A stretch of DNA of 63,151 bases, the filler included, from Hausera hauseri (Eukaryota), in the NCBI GenBank assembly GCA_046269625.1. It is 9 parts of 9 records of this genome, joined end to end, with 100 filler letters (N's around TTAATTAATTAA, not from the genome) between each part and the next. Parts side by side here need not be neighbours in the genome. Positions count along the whole stretch, not along the records: positions 44,487 to 51,713 come from JBJURY010029560.1; positions 51,814 to 56,341 come from JBJURY010540453.1; 7 more parts are not named here. One strand, 5' to 3'. Each line of letters starts with the position of its first letter. Position 1 is the first letter of the stretch. Under the pieces are notes generated by a model that saw only the letters and a program-made list of their open reading frames with translations, was not told the origin of the DNA and made no database searches. This document shows positions 44,487 through 56,441 of the stretch, one piece after another. The position numbers and the translations under genes are program-made.

Positions 44487-45639
44487 TAAATCGATTGAAT
44501 GGTTTTGGAATAATATCGACTCGGAGATGCAGGTGTTGAAGAATGCCTATAGGTTTTTTTAGATCCTGAGGAATCAAAATTCGACATTACATTGAGTGGG
44601 GACAATGTGGCAACCGAGTATGGAGATCTCGAATATTGAGTCAGATATTTGAACTTCGAATTTTTTGATAAGTATGATGAGTTCATTCGATTCCAAATTC
44701 ATAAATCCATTAAAATTATTCAATGAAAATATGCTATATAGATATAAAATCAATAAATGTGCATTTTGAGCTCACTGAAGTGGAAATCTATAAATCTTTA
44801 AGCGCTGACAGATAGGAACCCATATATGGCGAATCGGAATATGACATCAAATATTTGAAATCGAGCTTAAAAGTCGAATATTTGGCTATTCGAACTTGAA
44901 AACTCGGTCAAGCCTAAATTATTCAAATAATCTAATGTATCGATTGGATTCCCCATGTGCGATAACCTATGAGCGAATCGAAATTGGCGCGGTGCAGTAT
45001 GTTTTGATAACAAGTAACTTTTGTTTTACTGCATCAACTACCAAAATTAGACAGAGTGTTGATACAGTCATATCTTTCATTATTTCAGGAATCACTTCCA
45101 AAAATGGTGAGTTTTTATTTTATGCTTCACAATTATTTATGCCCCATTTAAACTTGTTAAGTCTACCAATACTGTATGACACAGAATCGCAAGGCACTGA
45201 ATGTGTGTCCTGCATGTAAGGTAGTATGCCGGTCAGATTAAGAGGAATTTTACAACCAGCATAAACAACATCTGGATTTCTTCGCAAAATTGAAGAAACA
45301 AATATTGAACAGTAACATACCAGTGGTAACAAGTATCACAAATGCAATTCAGATGTGCGATTCCTATGCTTATTGTACATTCGCAGCGCATAATCCGTAA
45401 CAGTGCCACAAAGCGATGCAGCTGTATTATAGAAACAAATACAATTTGATTCTATATTATATATCCAGGATGCGAGACTGTATGCGGCGCAAATTAAATA
45501 CAGTTCCATTATGGACACAAACATCATTTGAGTGACTTCGCATAAAAGTTCAAGAACACTATCTTCAATACGCAACATAATCCTGCTGAATCTGCTTCAC
45601 GGTTTGCTTTTGGAGGTGCTGCTTCGGCTTCATAGTGTG

Positions 45640-48600
45640 CTGCAAAATAGATTGGAGAATTGAAATGCGCAGCAACATCATGCTTAGCAGTATCAAATGC
45701 TACGCCAGAAACCAAAGACAGCGGCAGGCTTATGCTGAAGCATTAAAGAGAAAAGTTCGCCGCTATGTTATTAATGTAACTGATCAAACAACGCTCCATG
45801 AGTTCCTGGAGTACACAAAAGATGAAGCAGAGGGATTGTCCAGGGCAACATGGTAGAGCTCAAAACACTTAAGGTCAATATGAAACAAAGAACAGCATGC
45901 ATCAATTTTGATGACGAACAATCCAATAAAGCCTTCAAGACCACAAATAGGTCCATACTGAAAACCACAAATATAGTAGAATGGATGAATGAGGAAAACA
46001 ATAAGCCGATACATGAAGCAGAGGAGATCCAGTAAAAGAAGACTGAATGGACCATGGCAACCATACAGAGATTGCTTGTGCATGCACACAAGTACTCCCC
46101 ATGCGTGGCAGTTCCTATATAGTGCTCTCTGAATGGATTTGCAGAAAGTGGTATGCATCTATGCTTGTAGTGATGATAACATGTGTTTCATGTATGCCAT
46201 TCTATCAAAACTCGTACCGGATCAAAAACATGCTTCACGAGTTTGACTATATTAGGATGTGAAACCCAACTATGACTTCCAATTTATCACGTTCCCACCA
46301 TCCTTAGATGAAGTCAGAAAATTCGGGAAACTCAACAATATATCAACCAATATCTTTGGATTGGATGAGGAAAAATTTTATCCGCTACAAGTGTCTGATG
46401 CGAAATTGGAAGACTGTAGGAATCTGCTCCTGCTAGACGATGAAGAAAAGAAGCATTACGTATGGATAAAGAATTTCGAGCGTCTAGTCAGATCCAAAAT
46501 TACGAAACACTCAAGAAGAATAGAAATATGCAAAAGATGTCTGTGCCATTTCGCTGGTGGTGCAGCAGTGGATAAGAGGCAGGAGAACAATATGTACTGT
46601 AACAACAATTTTTGTATCAGACTAGAATTTCCCAAGGAGGACTACATCGAATTCAAAGACTTTGAGAAGATGGTCAAAGTTCCAATAGTCATCCATTGCG
46701 ACTTTGAAGCAACTTGAATCCAGTTCAGAGCTGCAGTCCCAATCCACAACACAGCAGCACAACGGCATAACAATATGATGAAGTTTCATCATATTGTATG
46801 TATGGCAAAGGACTGGAGAGTGAACCATATCTATTCAGGGGTCCAAATGCCGCAGCACAATTTATGAAGAGATTAGAAGACATTGCTGCGAGAATTGAAA
46901 TTGTGCTGTAACAACACAAATTTTGTTCATTCTTCAATAAATGAACATAAAGTATGGCACCGGGCATCAACGTGTTACTTGTGCACCAAATCATTCACTA
47001 TGGAGAATCATAAAGTCAGGGATCATTGCCATTTTACAGGAACATATTGAGACGCAGCGTGCAGCAATTGAAATATACATTGCAAAACAGTAACATTTGT
47101 ACCTGTAGTATTCCACAACCTCAGTGGATATGATTCCCATTTCATAGTACGAGAATTTAGAAACATTGAAAGAAACTTTGAAGTGATCACCAGTATTGAG
47201 AAGTATATAACTTTTACAAAACATGTTGGAAAATCCGGCTCCGCTTCATGGGCAGTTTCCGATTCATATCATCTTCATTTGACGGTTTAGTGAAGAATCT
47301 CCCGAAAGAAGAACTCAGGGAGACAAAGCGGTTCTTTCCTAATACGTTTGATATAGTCAAAAGGAAAGGAGTGTTTCTTTATGATTACATTACATCATGG
47401 GAACACTGGATGAAAAAGCTCTGCCGGCCAAAAAGAACTTTTACAATACCTTCTCAGACAGTGATATCAGTGATATGGACTATCAGCATGTACAAAATGT
47501 CTGAAAGGTATTCAAATGCCGAACATTAGGAAAATACAGCGATATGTATCTCAAGACGGATGTGCTGCTGTTGACGGATGTATTTAAAAGCTTCCGGAAT
47601 GTGACATTAGCAAGCCACAAGTTTGATCCGGCTCATTTGTTTACAGCTCCAGGAATGAGCTAGGCAGCAATGCTACAATTTACCGGTATTAGGCTGCAGA
47701 TCTTAAAGGATTGCGATATGATCCTCGTGATCGAGCGAGGCATTAGAGACGAAATATGCCCAGCCATTCACCGGTATAGTGAGGCTAACAACAAGTATAT
47801 GGCTGAATACGACCCAGCAAAGCATCTTCATTTATTAACTTTCTAGACGCCAGCAACTTATATGGATAGGCAATGAACGCCATTGAACGCCAATTTCAAG
47901 TGAGTCGAGCATCCCGAAGACATCCCTATAATGAACCTGGACCTCAGTGGAGATACGGGATACATACAGGAGGTGGATTTTGATTGTCCAGCTTCCGTCC
48001 ACACAAGACATGAACATCTGCCTTTCCTCACTGACAGCAAACCTCCGCCCCATGATAAACATCGAAAGCTGCTCTGCCATCTAGATAGTAGGGATAGGTA
48101 TGTAGTTCACTACATCAGTCTCCAGCAAATGGTCAGAAACTGACTCCACATCACGAAGATCCATCGGACCCTACAGTTCAGCCAGTCCAAGTGGCTAAAG
48201 CCATATATAAATCTTAATACGAAGCTGCAGGACAATTGCAAAAACGAATTTGAAAAGGATCAATTTCACCTGCATAATTACAGCGTTTTGGCAAGGCGAT
48301 GATGAACAGAATCAACATCGAGTTAATCTGTGAGTGGAACCGAGCCAAGAAGCTGATAGTCAAGCTCAACTTCCACAGCAGCACAATATACGCTGAAAAT
48401 CTGGTCAGCATCCATATGCTAAAAACATTGCTCGAGTTCACTAAGCCAATATATGTGGGCATGTCCATATTAAACTTGTCAAAGACTTTGATGTACGATT
48501 TACATTACGACATCATGGTCCCCACATTCCTGTTTATACATCTGATGTACATGGATACATACAGCTTCATCCATCAGATCAATTTACAGCACATCTTTGC

Positions 48601-49030
48601 AGACTTTGCTAAATTGGCTTAGCATATGGATACGCCTGACTATCCGAAGGAGCATCTAAACTATTCAATCACCAACAGGAAGGTCCTTGGGAAATTCAAA
48701 GACGAGGTGAATGGGTAATCGTCTCGCGACTTGTGGCGCTGTGGAGCAAAATATATGCCATCGATGTATGTGGTCAAGGAAAGAAGCGAGCTAAACAGGT
48801 TCACAGGGCGACCTTAGCCAAGAAGATCACTTTTGCTGATTGTGTGAGTTTTGCAGGAGCAGATTCATTTAATATCCGAAATGCGGAGGCTCCAGTCTAG
48901 GGCTTATGAGATCCACAGAGTAACGCTGCAGAAGAAGAGCTTTGACTGGTACGATGACAACAGGCGCATCCTGAACAAAGGAATCAACACACCACCTTAC
49001 GGGCATGTTGCATTAATGTCAATATGTAAA
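45640..49030 (+). pseudogene. Near full-length protein-primed family B DNA polymerase with zinc finger and endonuclease VII domain (Polinton/adintovirus-like)
   Basis: HYVWIKNFERL, CKRCLCHF, IHCDFE (Exo I), RDHCHFTG (Endo VII), FHNLSGYDSH, RKGVF.YDY, YLKTDVLLL, LDASNLYG, IYVGMSIL, YMDTYS, LGKFKDE; many stops and frameshifts. Confidence 0.93.
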
Positions 49031-50069
49031 TATCTTCGTTGTTATGCACTTTTATGACATATTGTATTGTTGTATCAAAAATATAAGAAATCGTGTTGCC
49101 TTCTTGATCAAGTAATGTGTGATATAGGATACTATATAGATCAAGTAAATAAATCAATAAATTTTAAACTCAAATTTTAAAAATTAATGCAGTGCGTCAT
49201 TTACTTGAAATAATATCATTATTTCAAAATCAAAATGACAAAATCGTGCCAAATTTTTCTGAAGAAGGCAGAAAAGAAGATGCGTATGGCAACTTGCGAC
49301 ACATACTTTTTGTATTGGGTGTCTTCACAAAGGGCTGTCGCAAAATGCCTGCCGAATACGCAGGACAAGATGTGAATACGTCATTGTTAAGGATGCAGAA
49401 GATCAGTGCTTGTACGTCTTATGGGTAGGGTGTCTGATAAAGACCATACATGGTCTCTTGTCTGATACAGAAAGTGGTTATGACAGCAATTTTGTTTACT
49501 ACATGTTTTACTATATTTTGTGTCTTGTATATAAAACCAATTATTTTCATAATACATTTTTTTCACAGTAACAAAACTTTGACATAACGATAAACACTTT
49601 TTATAAGCACAATGTGAATCATTTTCACGACATGTATTACCTTAATATGACTTATATTTTACCTATATTTTACCCGTATTTCACATATATTACCTATATT
49701 TTACGTACATATTACCTAAAGTAATAATTTTATTGACTAATGCATTGATTTATTGATTTATATGTATGTTATATTTACCTATATAATAGTAAGCTTAATG
49801 CATTTGCATTCCTCACTACTTGCAACCAACATGCACCAAATTCCCCAATCAATGAAGAGGGACATTTTAAACAAAACAAAGGAGAGTACATAAATAGGGC
49901 CAAGAACATATATTGTTAAAATTGTGAAATTATGAATTAATCCATCTTATCGAATTTTTATTTCACTACCGAATACTCTCCATTGTTCATATTCTTCACT
50001 TTTTTATGAAGTCCAGAAGACTATGTTAGCCAAGAAAATCTGCTTCGCAGACTTGGTCAGATATTTTAA

Positions 50070-50515
50070 CATACAATTGAAAGCCAAGAATGATTTTGAG
50101 AAGGAGCAGTTCAAGCTGTACAACAACAGCGTGTTTGATTAAACTACGGAGAATATCCAGAATAGGATCAATATTGAACCGGTCTGTGAGTGCAAGCGGG
50201 AAAAGAAGCTCATTCTCAAGTCCAACTTCCACAGCAGCACGATATACACGGCGAACTTGGTTAGCATCCATATGCTGAAGACATCGCTCGAGTTCAGCGA
50301 GCCCATATATGTGGGCATGTCCATATTGGACTTTTCAGAGACCTTGATTTATCGTTTCCACTATGACACCATGATCCTCACATTCTGATCTATGCATCTC
50401 ATATATACGGATACTGATTTTTTCATCTATCGGATTCGAGCACACGACATCTGCGTCGATTTTTCTCAGTATTTGGACACATCGGATTATCCAATGGACC
50501 ACCGTATTTATTAAA
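50070..50515 (+). pseudogene. Third pPolB fragment (motifs B-C), same family
   Basis: KNDFEKEQFKLYNNSVF, PIYVGMSILDFS, YTDTD, LDTSDYP. Confidence 0.88.
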
Positions 50516-50673
50516 TCGTCCAGAAAATGTTTATTGCAACCATGATAGTATTAGTTTTAAGGTTGCCCAAGTGAAACAGTTTCTATCGTAATGACCTGTC
50601 TTATCTCTTACTCCAGAAGTCGCAAAATATTTTAGTAAAACATCTTTCTTCTTTTGTTTTGATTTGACATGTG

Positions 50674-50683
50674 NNNNNNNNNN
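50674..50683. other. 10-N scaffold gap with duplicated flanks
   Basis: TGACATGTG on both sides of the gap. Confidence 0.9.
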
Positions 50684-51713
50684 TGACATGTGCCATTTCT
50701 GTTAGTACATTTCTGGACCTTTTGATTTTGTCGACACTGATACTTATATTACCATTCTTGATGTTGTCCATAATCTGAATATAATCATCAATTACATAAG
50801 ATGGTAGCATTTACCTGTATTGGTCACATATTGCATATATACCTTTTACATATATTACCCATATTTTACCCACAAAGTTCCGATATTTTACCCGTATTAC
50901 TTCCAAATTATCCAGTATTTTCAGCATTGTATTGAATTTCTATTTATTTTCGTTATTGTTACAAATTGATAAGACTAAGACTAAAGAACACAAATATTTA
51001 TTCACATAACATATACAATAATTCCTATAAAATATTACTCAGCAGCAATAAGACGAATTTTAACGAGTACTTATGTCATTATATTCTTGTAAAAGATTCC
51101 GAAGTTTTTGTTTTTTGTTATTTTAAGGCTGTTTTATTACTGTTTGTTCAACTGGTGGTAAAATTTCCATAAAGTCAAATTTTATAATTAATGTGTCATC
51201 ATTAGCAAAAGAAGTAATTCCAATTTTGTTAACTGATTAAATTTCGGGAATCCACTACCTATGTTGCAACTGTTGGTTTTTATTTTGTCAGAGCAGATAA
51301 CTTCGCCCACTTTATTCAGTAAGATATTTGAATTGCTGCAAGGAAAGGCCATTGTAAGGTATCGCTATGTTCATCCTTAACAATAGCAAAGAAAACTGAT
51401 AAATGTGTATTTCTTCCAACATAATAACCGTCAGGATAAATACGAAGGCAGAAATTGTACTGCTGTAAACTGAAGGTTTTTCTGGATTTTGTTTCACTGA
51501 TCTTGTGGTCCTTATAGTTTTCTACTCTCCAAGTGAAGATATTTATATTTTTTTCAAAAATTAATCTTGATTACGTCATAATCACACTCACTGTGTTGGA
51601 AATCTTGGCAGCATTCCTCAAACAATTCAGTATCTTCAGTTTTATTAGTTCTATCCATGTGTTCTTTATCTGTATGATATTCTGATTGAATACATGTATA
51701 TTCTGAAACATCT

Positions 51714-51813
51714 NNNNNNNNNNNNNNNNNNNNNNNNNNNNNNNNNNNNNNNNNNNNTTAATTAATTAANNNNNNNNNNNNNNNNNNNNNNNNNNNNNNN
51801 NNNNNNNNNNNNN
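51714..51813. other. Artificial contig linker
   Basis: 44N-TTAATTAATTAA-44N. Confidence 0.99.
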
Positions 51814-52928
51814 TCGTTGTTTGTCAAATGTGTTCGACCAAAGTAACCCACAAATGTCCAAAATGTAAATGTGGTATGATGGAAATTATACACAATTATT
51901 ACTAATAACTTCTTCAATAACGGAACGAAACAGTGTCATGGGCTTTAATTACGTGGAAGTAATTTTAACTATCATGTATCATTGTGATATGAGACAATAC
52001 TCACAAAGTAAGTGTCTATTGTTTACAATGAAAACAAACTGGTAGGAACAAATTTGAGAGAAATATGGATACAATTTCATTTCACGTTTGTATTTAAACA
52101 ATGTCTTTGAAACAATTCAGCAGATGACAGTTCCGCGAGTCTCTCAAAAAAGCCAAGGTACAGCAAATATTCGCCCAGAAATTCTCGATTGTATAATGAT
52201 ACAACTTACATTATCTGCGCAACGCTATTCAATTGCAATTGACGCAAACAGTCAAAATCAAACCGGTGAAATATGGTCTCTTGGTGAAAAAGATCCGCGA
52301 CGATGATTTGGATACAATGGAAGACACAATTAGAAAAGTTGACAGCGATTTGGTGTTGAGTAACGATATCCGAGATATATCGTAGATTTTTCTCAAAGGA
52401 AGTATGGCAAAAATTGTCAGTTCACGTGGCGGAGAAACAAAAGAGGTAGTTTTGCCACCGGAAGGAACTAAAGGCTACCTGACAGTGAAGCTCAAAGGAT
52501 TCAAGGAATGGAGCTGTGTCAAATCCCCAATGTAGAAAATGGGGAAGTTTACTATGATTTATCTGACTTACTTTGTATGTTTTTGTGATTTTAGTTTTTC
52601 TTTGATCAATAAATAAATGTATTAATGTTACATATTTTGTTTTCTCGTACAAGGTTATCGTTTTACTTTTACTTCTAACTTACTTAATAAAAATAGGTTA
52701 AGTAAGTAACCGAAAACTAAAAACAAAGATACTGAACAAAGTACATTACTGACATTGAAATAAAACAATGTACAAAAGATAATTGTCAATAATTGTCACA
52801 ATATCCAGACCAGATTGAATTGTATCTCTATTGAATTGTCTGTATCATATCTGATCTGATCTGACACCACCGAACGTGTTTTATTTCAACTTCCAATATC
52901 CATACGCCCAACTCTTATTTCGCCTCAC

Positions 52929-55600
52929 CTACTTTTGCTTATCATCGTTACATGACAAAGCGACTTGGGCATTAGATACTGTATACAGCTGGTGCACAAT
53001 TGATAGGATGATCGTTTGAGACACAAAAACCACTGACTGTCCTCCTTCTGCTGCTGCTACTGCTGCATGTATACGGCGATAATCACTGTGGCCGATTTCC
53101 GTCTGCCTCAGCAGGACTCCTTTTGCTCGCATTTTCGGTCCACAGTCTGTCAGAAGTCTGCAGCACTTTAGGCGTAGGAATATCCATTCCCGATACCCAT
53201 CACAACCTTCACTTTCATCTTTGACGCAGCTGATGTTATTGGTGATCGCGGTGCTGTACAACGGATGATACGGTGAGTAGTTGGACGTGTCTAGTAATCT
53301 ATCTGACTGCATTTGCTGCAGTAGCTATTTGCGATTGACGTTTTCAGACGCAGAAAAAAACTGTTTGTGCCACCGGCAATTATGCAGATATTGCAGCCGT
53401 CAAACATTTACCGTTAACGTGCCAAGTCGCGATACTGCAGCTCATACATCCGAAACTTTATCAGATCCAGTACCACTTGTCCGATGTAACTTGTCCTATC
53501 CTGAACGACTTCTTCTCTGTTTAACAGCACCGCTACCAATCCATCGGTAACGTGCATTGACCGCCTAAAGTGTGCCTTGCTGATATACGTAACCAGCTGC
53601 TTTTCAGAGTTACATAGGCGCACATTGAGCCCTCTTTCCCGTACAGGGATTTGTTTTTCAGCCTGTAGTAGTTCTTTTCGAACTTTGTGCAAGCTGCGGC
53701 TTGTTTTCCCGAATTTCCATCTATGTATGCCTTGAATATGGCAGCCTGAGCAAATCGGATCGCACGATGCAGCTGTCTGATGCGTACACTGACGCGTACA
53801 CTGTAGCAGACGCCAATGAACCACGTAATTCAGCTTCTGTTCATGCGCCATGAATAGTTTCTTCACTTTTAAGCCTGGCGGCCATTGGTTAAATTGTGTG
53901 ACCATTATATTGTACAAAACGTCATGCTGTCTCGAGATCGACCTCCATCAGGTATCCGATTGAGCCTGCAATGCTTGCTCGTGGTAGGTTGACCATTATG
54001 TCGTCCAGATCTTGTCTGTCGACTACTTATTCAAATGAACTGCACGGCAAGGGTTGTGAAAGCGCCCAGCCGTACATGTTATTAATATTAATATAAGGCA
54101 ATGATGTGATATCAGTAGCACTTACCTGATGCTTGTTGACAAATATCATGCCGCCGCGAATACCAACATCAAACAGCCGGTACATTACCGAATCTTGCAG
54201 CAGCTCAATGTCTCGATCCAGTGACATTAGAGCTGACGCCAAACTCATTTCCGGTATAGAATAAAAGTTGAGTGGCTTCAATCTATCTTCTGCCAGTGCT
54301 TTGGTCCGAAATGCTTTAAACACGTCAGCTAATAAGTAGACGTCCAGTTTAAGATACTGCAGCATGTAATTTAACATGTTTCTACATCCCATTTTTGTCC
54401 AAGATTCTTGTGCTCTCCGATATTCATCATCTGCGATACCTGTCCATGGCGGCGGTAATTCCTCTGCTGTCCCGAGTTGCTCATATGATGTTGCAAATTC
54501 ATATGGAAATATGCCTTTGCTGCGTGAAACATATACAGGGAACTGTGTCAGTGCTATCGGCATATGTGGCAAGGTATTTACCAGCTTCGTCAATGATTCA
54601 TTAACGTGACATGCTTCTCCCATGTTGTTTCCGATCTGAATTGATGCAGACATACAAGACACCATTTGCATCTTATTCGCTTTTTGATGAAATGATCATG
54701 CTCCGTATTAAACAGTCTATCTAGATTTGTCACTGCCACGTAGTGAAATTTTTCGGCCTGCTCCAAAAGCAACAAATTTACCGAGCGTCTATTCGGGTTC
54801 CGATTATGGTAAATTATGTCCACATGGGGGTTCTTATAAATTTCTTTGTCTTCCGGTATTTCAACTATTGTGTTGTACCGCAAAACGTTAATTGACAGCG
54901 CCAGATTACGCCGTTCAAAAGCCGAAACGGTTTTCAGTTTCATCGGCATCCAGCATTCATCAAATTGCAATTCGGAAAAATACTGCCGATACTGATTTGG
55001 AGGACTTGCATGATATCTGTTTATTTCGCTGTACTTCAATACAGCCAGAATAGTTCACAGAAATCAGTTTTTTTGTCATCGCCAGTATTTTGTACATTCA
55101 CTACTGCTAGAGACTGATTTAGAGATGCAGGTGTCGGTATGAATGATCGTCCAGACAAATATACCACGTTACTCGACTTTGTTATGATAAAGCTGAGTGT
55201 GACAATTCTTATAATTCGCCATCCACTACCCTTTTCGGTATAATTGACGATTTTCTAATCTAACTTTGCGACTACATCGGCAATGAAATCTTCGGAATAC
55301 GGTACGGCTAGATGTGACCGATACTATTGTTTCCTGTCACCTTCAGTGTTTTCAAATTCTGCAACTGCATAATATTACACTTTGCAGTTGTTGAGTTTTA
55401 ATTTCTCCACCTCTAATTCCAAGCAGCTGCGCATAATGGAGGGAACATGCCTCAGCTGTAATGTTGTTGTCCCCGATATGTTTACTTTCACGTCCATGTA
55501 CGATTTGTTTCGATTGTACTTGACAGTAATGGAGGGTTTCTGCTGTTGCATCTGCTCCTGCTGCTGCTGTTTGGGCATTGTTTCGGATTAAGTCTTCAAG
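52929..55600 (-). pseudogene. Divergent pPolB pseudogene (second family) with internal deletion
   Basis: GSGWRI, FERRN..SINV, HYVAVTNLDRL, CLVCLHQF...H, KGIFPYE, YLKLDVYLLADVF, GIRGG, NNMYGWALSQPLP, LDTSNY, KDES, RAKGV, DDK. Confidence 0.9.
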
Positions 55601-55949
55601 ACTTGTTGAAGCCTGACGTTTCCTACTTGTTGAGGGGATACTAGTTTTTCTTCTCTCCGTCACTATTTCATTTTTTTACCGCTGAAACTGGTTTAAGTGG
55701 TCATTGTGCTGGTTAACTATAGAACAACCGGGACAAACGTAGGCCCGTTTACCGTACACCGTTGTGGCGCCATAGTACTGCTCCATTACACTATAATAAC
55801 CATGAACGTCATGCACTCTACTACTACTACTACAGTATCACGGGTATGTGGGGCAGTGCACAACCATCATCTTCATTGCACGCGTAAAGGGGCCAAGATG
55901 ATGCGTGTGCATCGCATAAAATTCGGAGTACGGACAAGGGGCCGAAATA

Positions 55950-56341
55950 TTACCGCATGTCATGCTTTTATGCCCGTCTTTCTGGCACGACCAGAATTTT
56001 ATCGTGCTCTTTGCCTGCGTATTGTGCAGCTTGAAATCCCTCCTTTCCTGTCTTGGTTTGTCAAATTTTGCACAGCCATATCCCGGTAACTCCGTCGACC
56101 CTCTCTAGTGTATTCTCTGACTGTTTATCTCTTCCGCCTTTGTTGCCACTTCGTGGACTTTCCGTATTTTCTTTCATTTGTTCGACGCTTTTTTCGTCAC
56201 AGAGATAAATTTCCTTTCTCATCTCTGGATTGTCGCAACAGTGGATCATCAATTCCTCTGTTAGAGCTTCCAGTGTTACTTTGTGGCTAAGAATGCTCTT
56301 CGCCAGTTGTTCAATTTTGTTGAAGTAGGCGTCCGGTTCTG
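55950..56341 (-). pseudogene. Gypsy-like gag fragment
   Basis: DAYFNKIEQLAK...ELMIHCCDNPEMRKEI and a degenerate knuckle FWSCQKDGHKSMTC. Confidence 0.55.
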
Positions 56342-56441
56342 NNNNNNNNNNNNNNNNNNNNNNNNNNNNNNNNNNNNNNNNNNNNTTAATTAATTAANNN
56401 NNNNNNNNNNNNNNNNNNNNNNNNNNNNNNNNNNNNNNNNN
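56342..56441. other. Artificial contig linker
   Basis: 44N-TTAATTAATTAA-44N. Confidence 0.99.

Noticed and set aside
44487-45000. MITE/Helitron-like element
   Set aside because: Looks repetitive, but no termini or second copy could be identified in the window.
50665-50692. 9-bp target-site duplication
   Set aside because: It flanks an N gap, so it is a scaffolding overlap.
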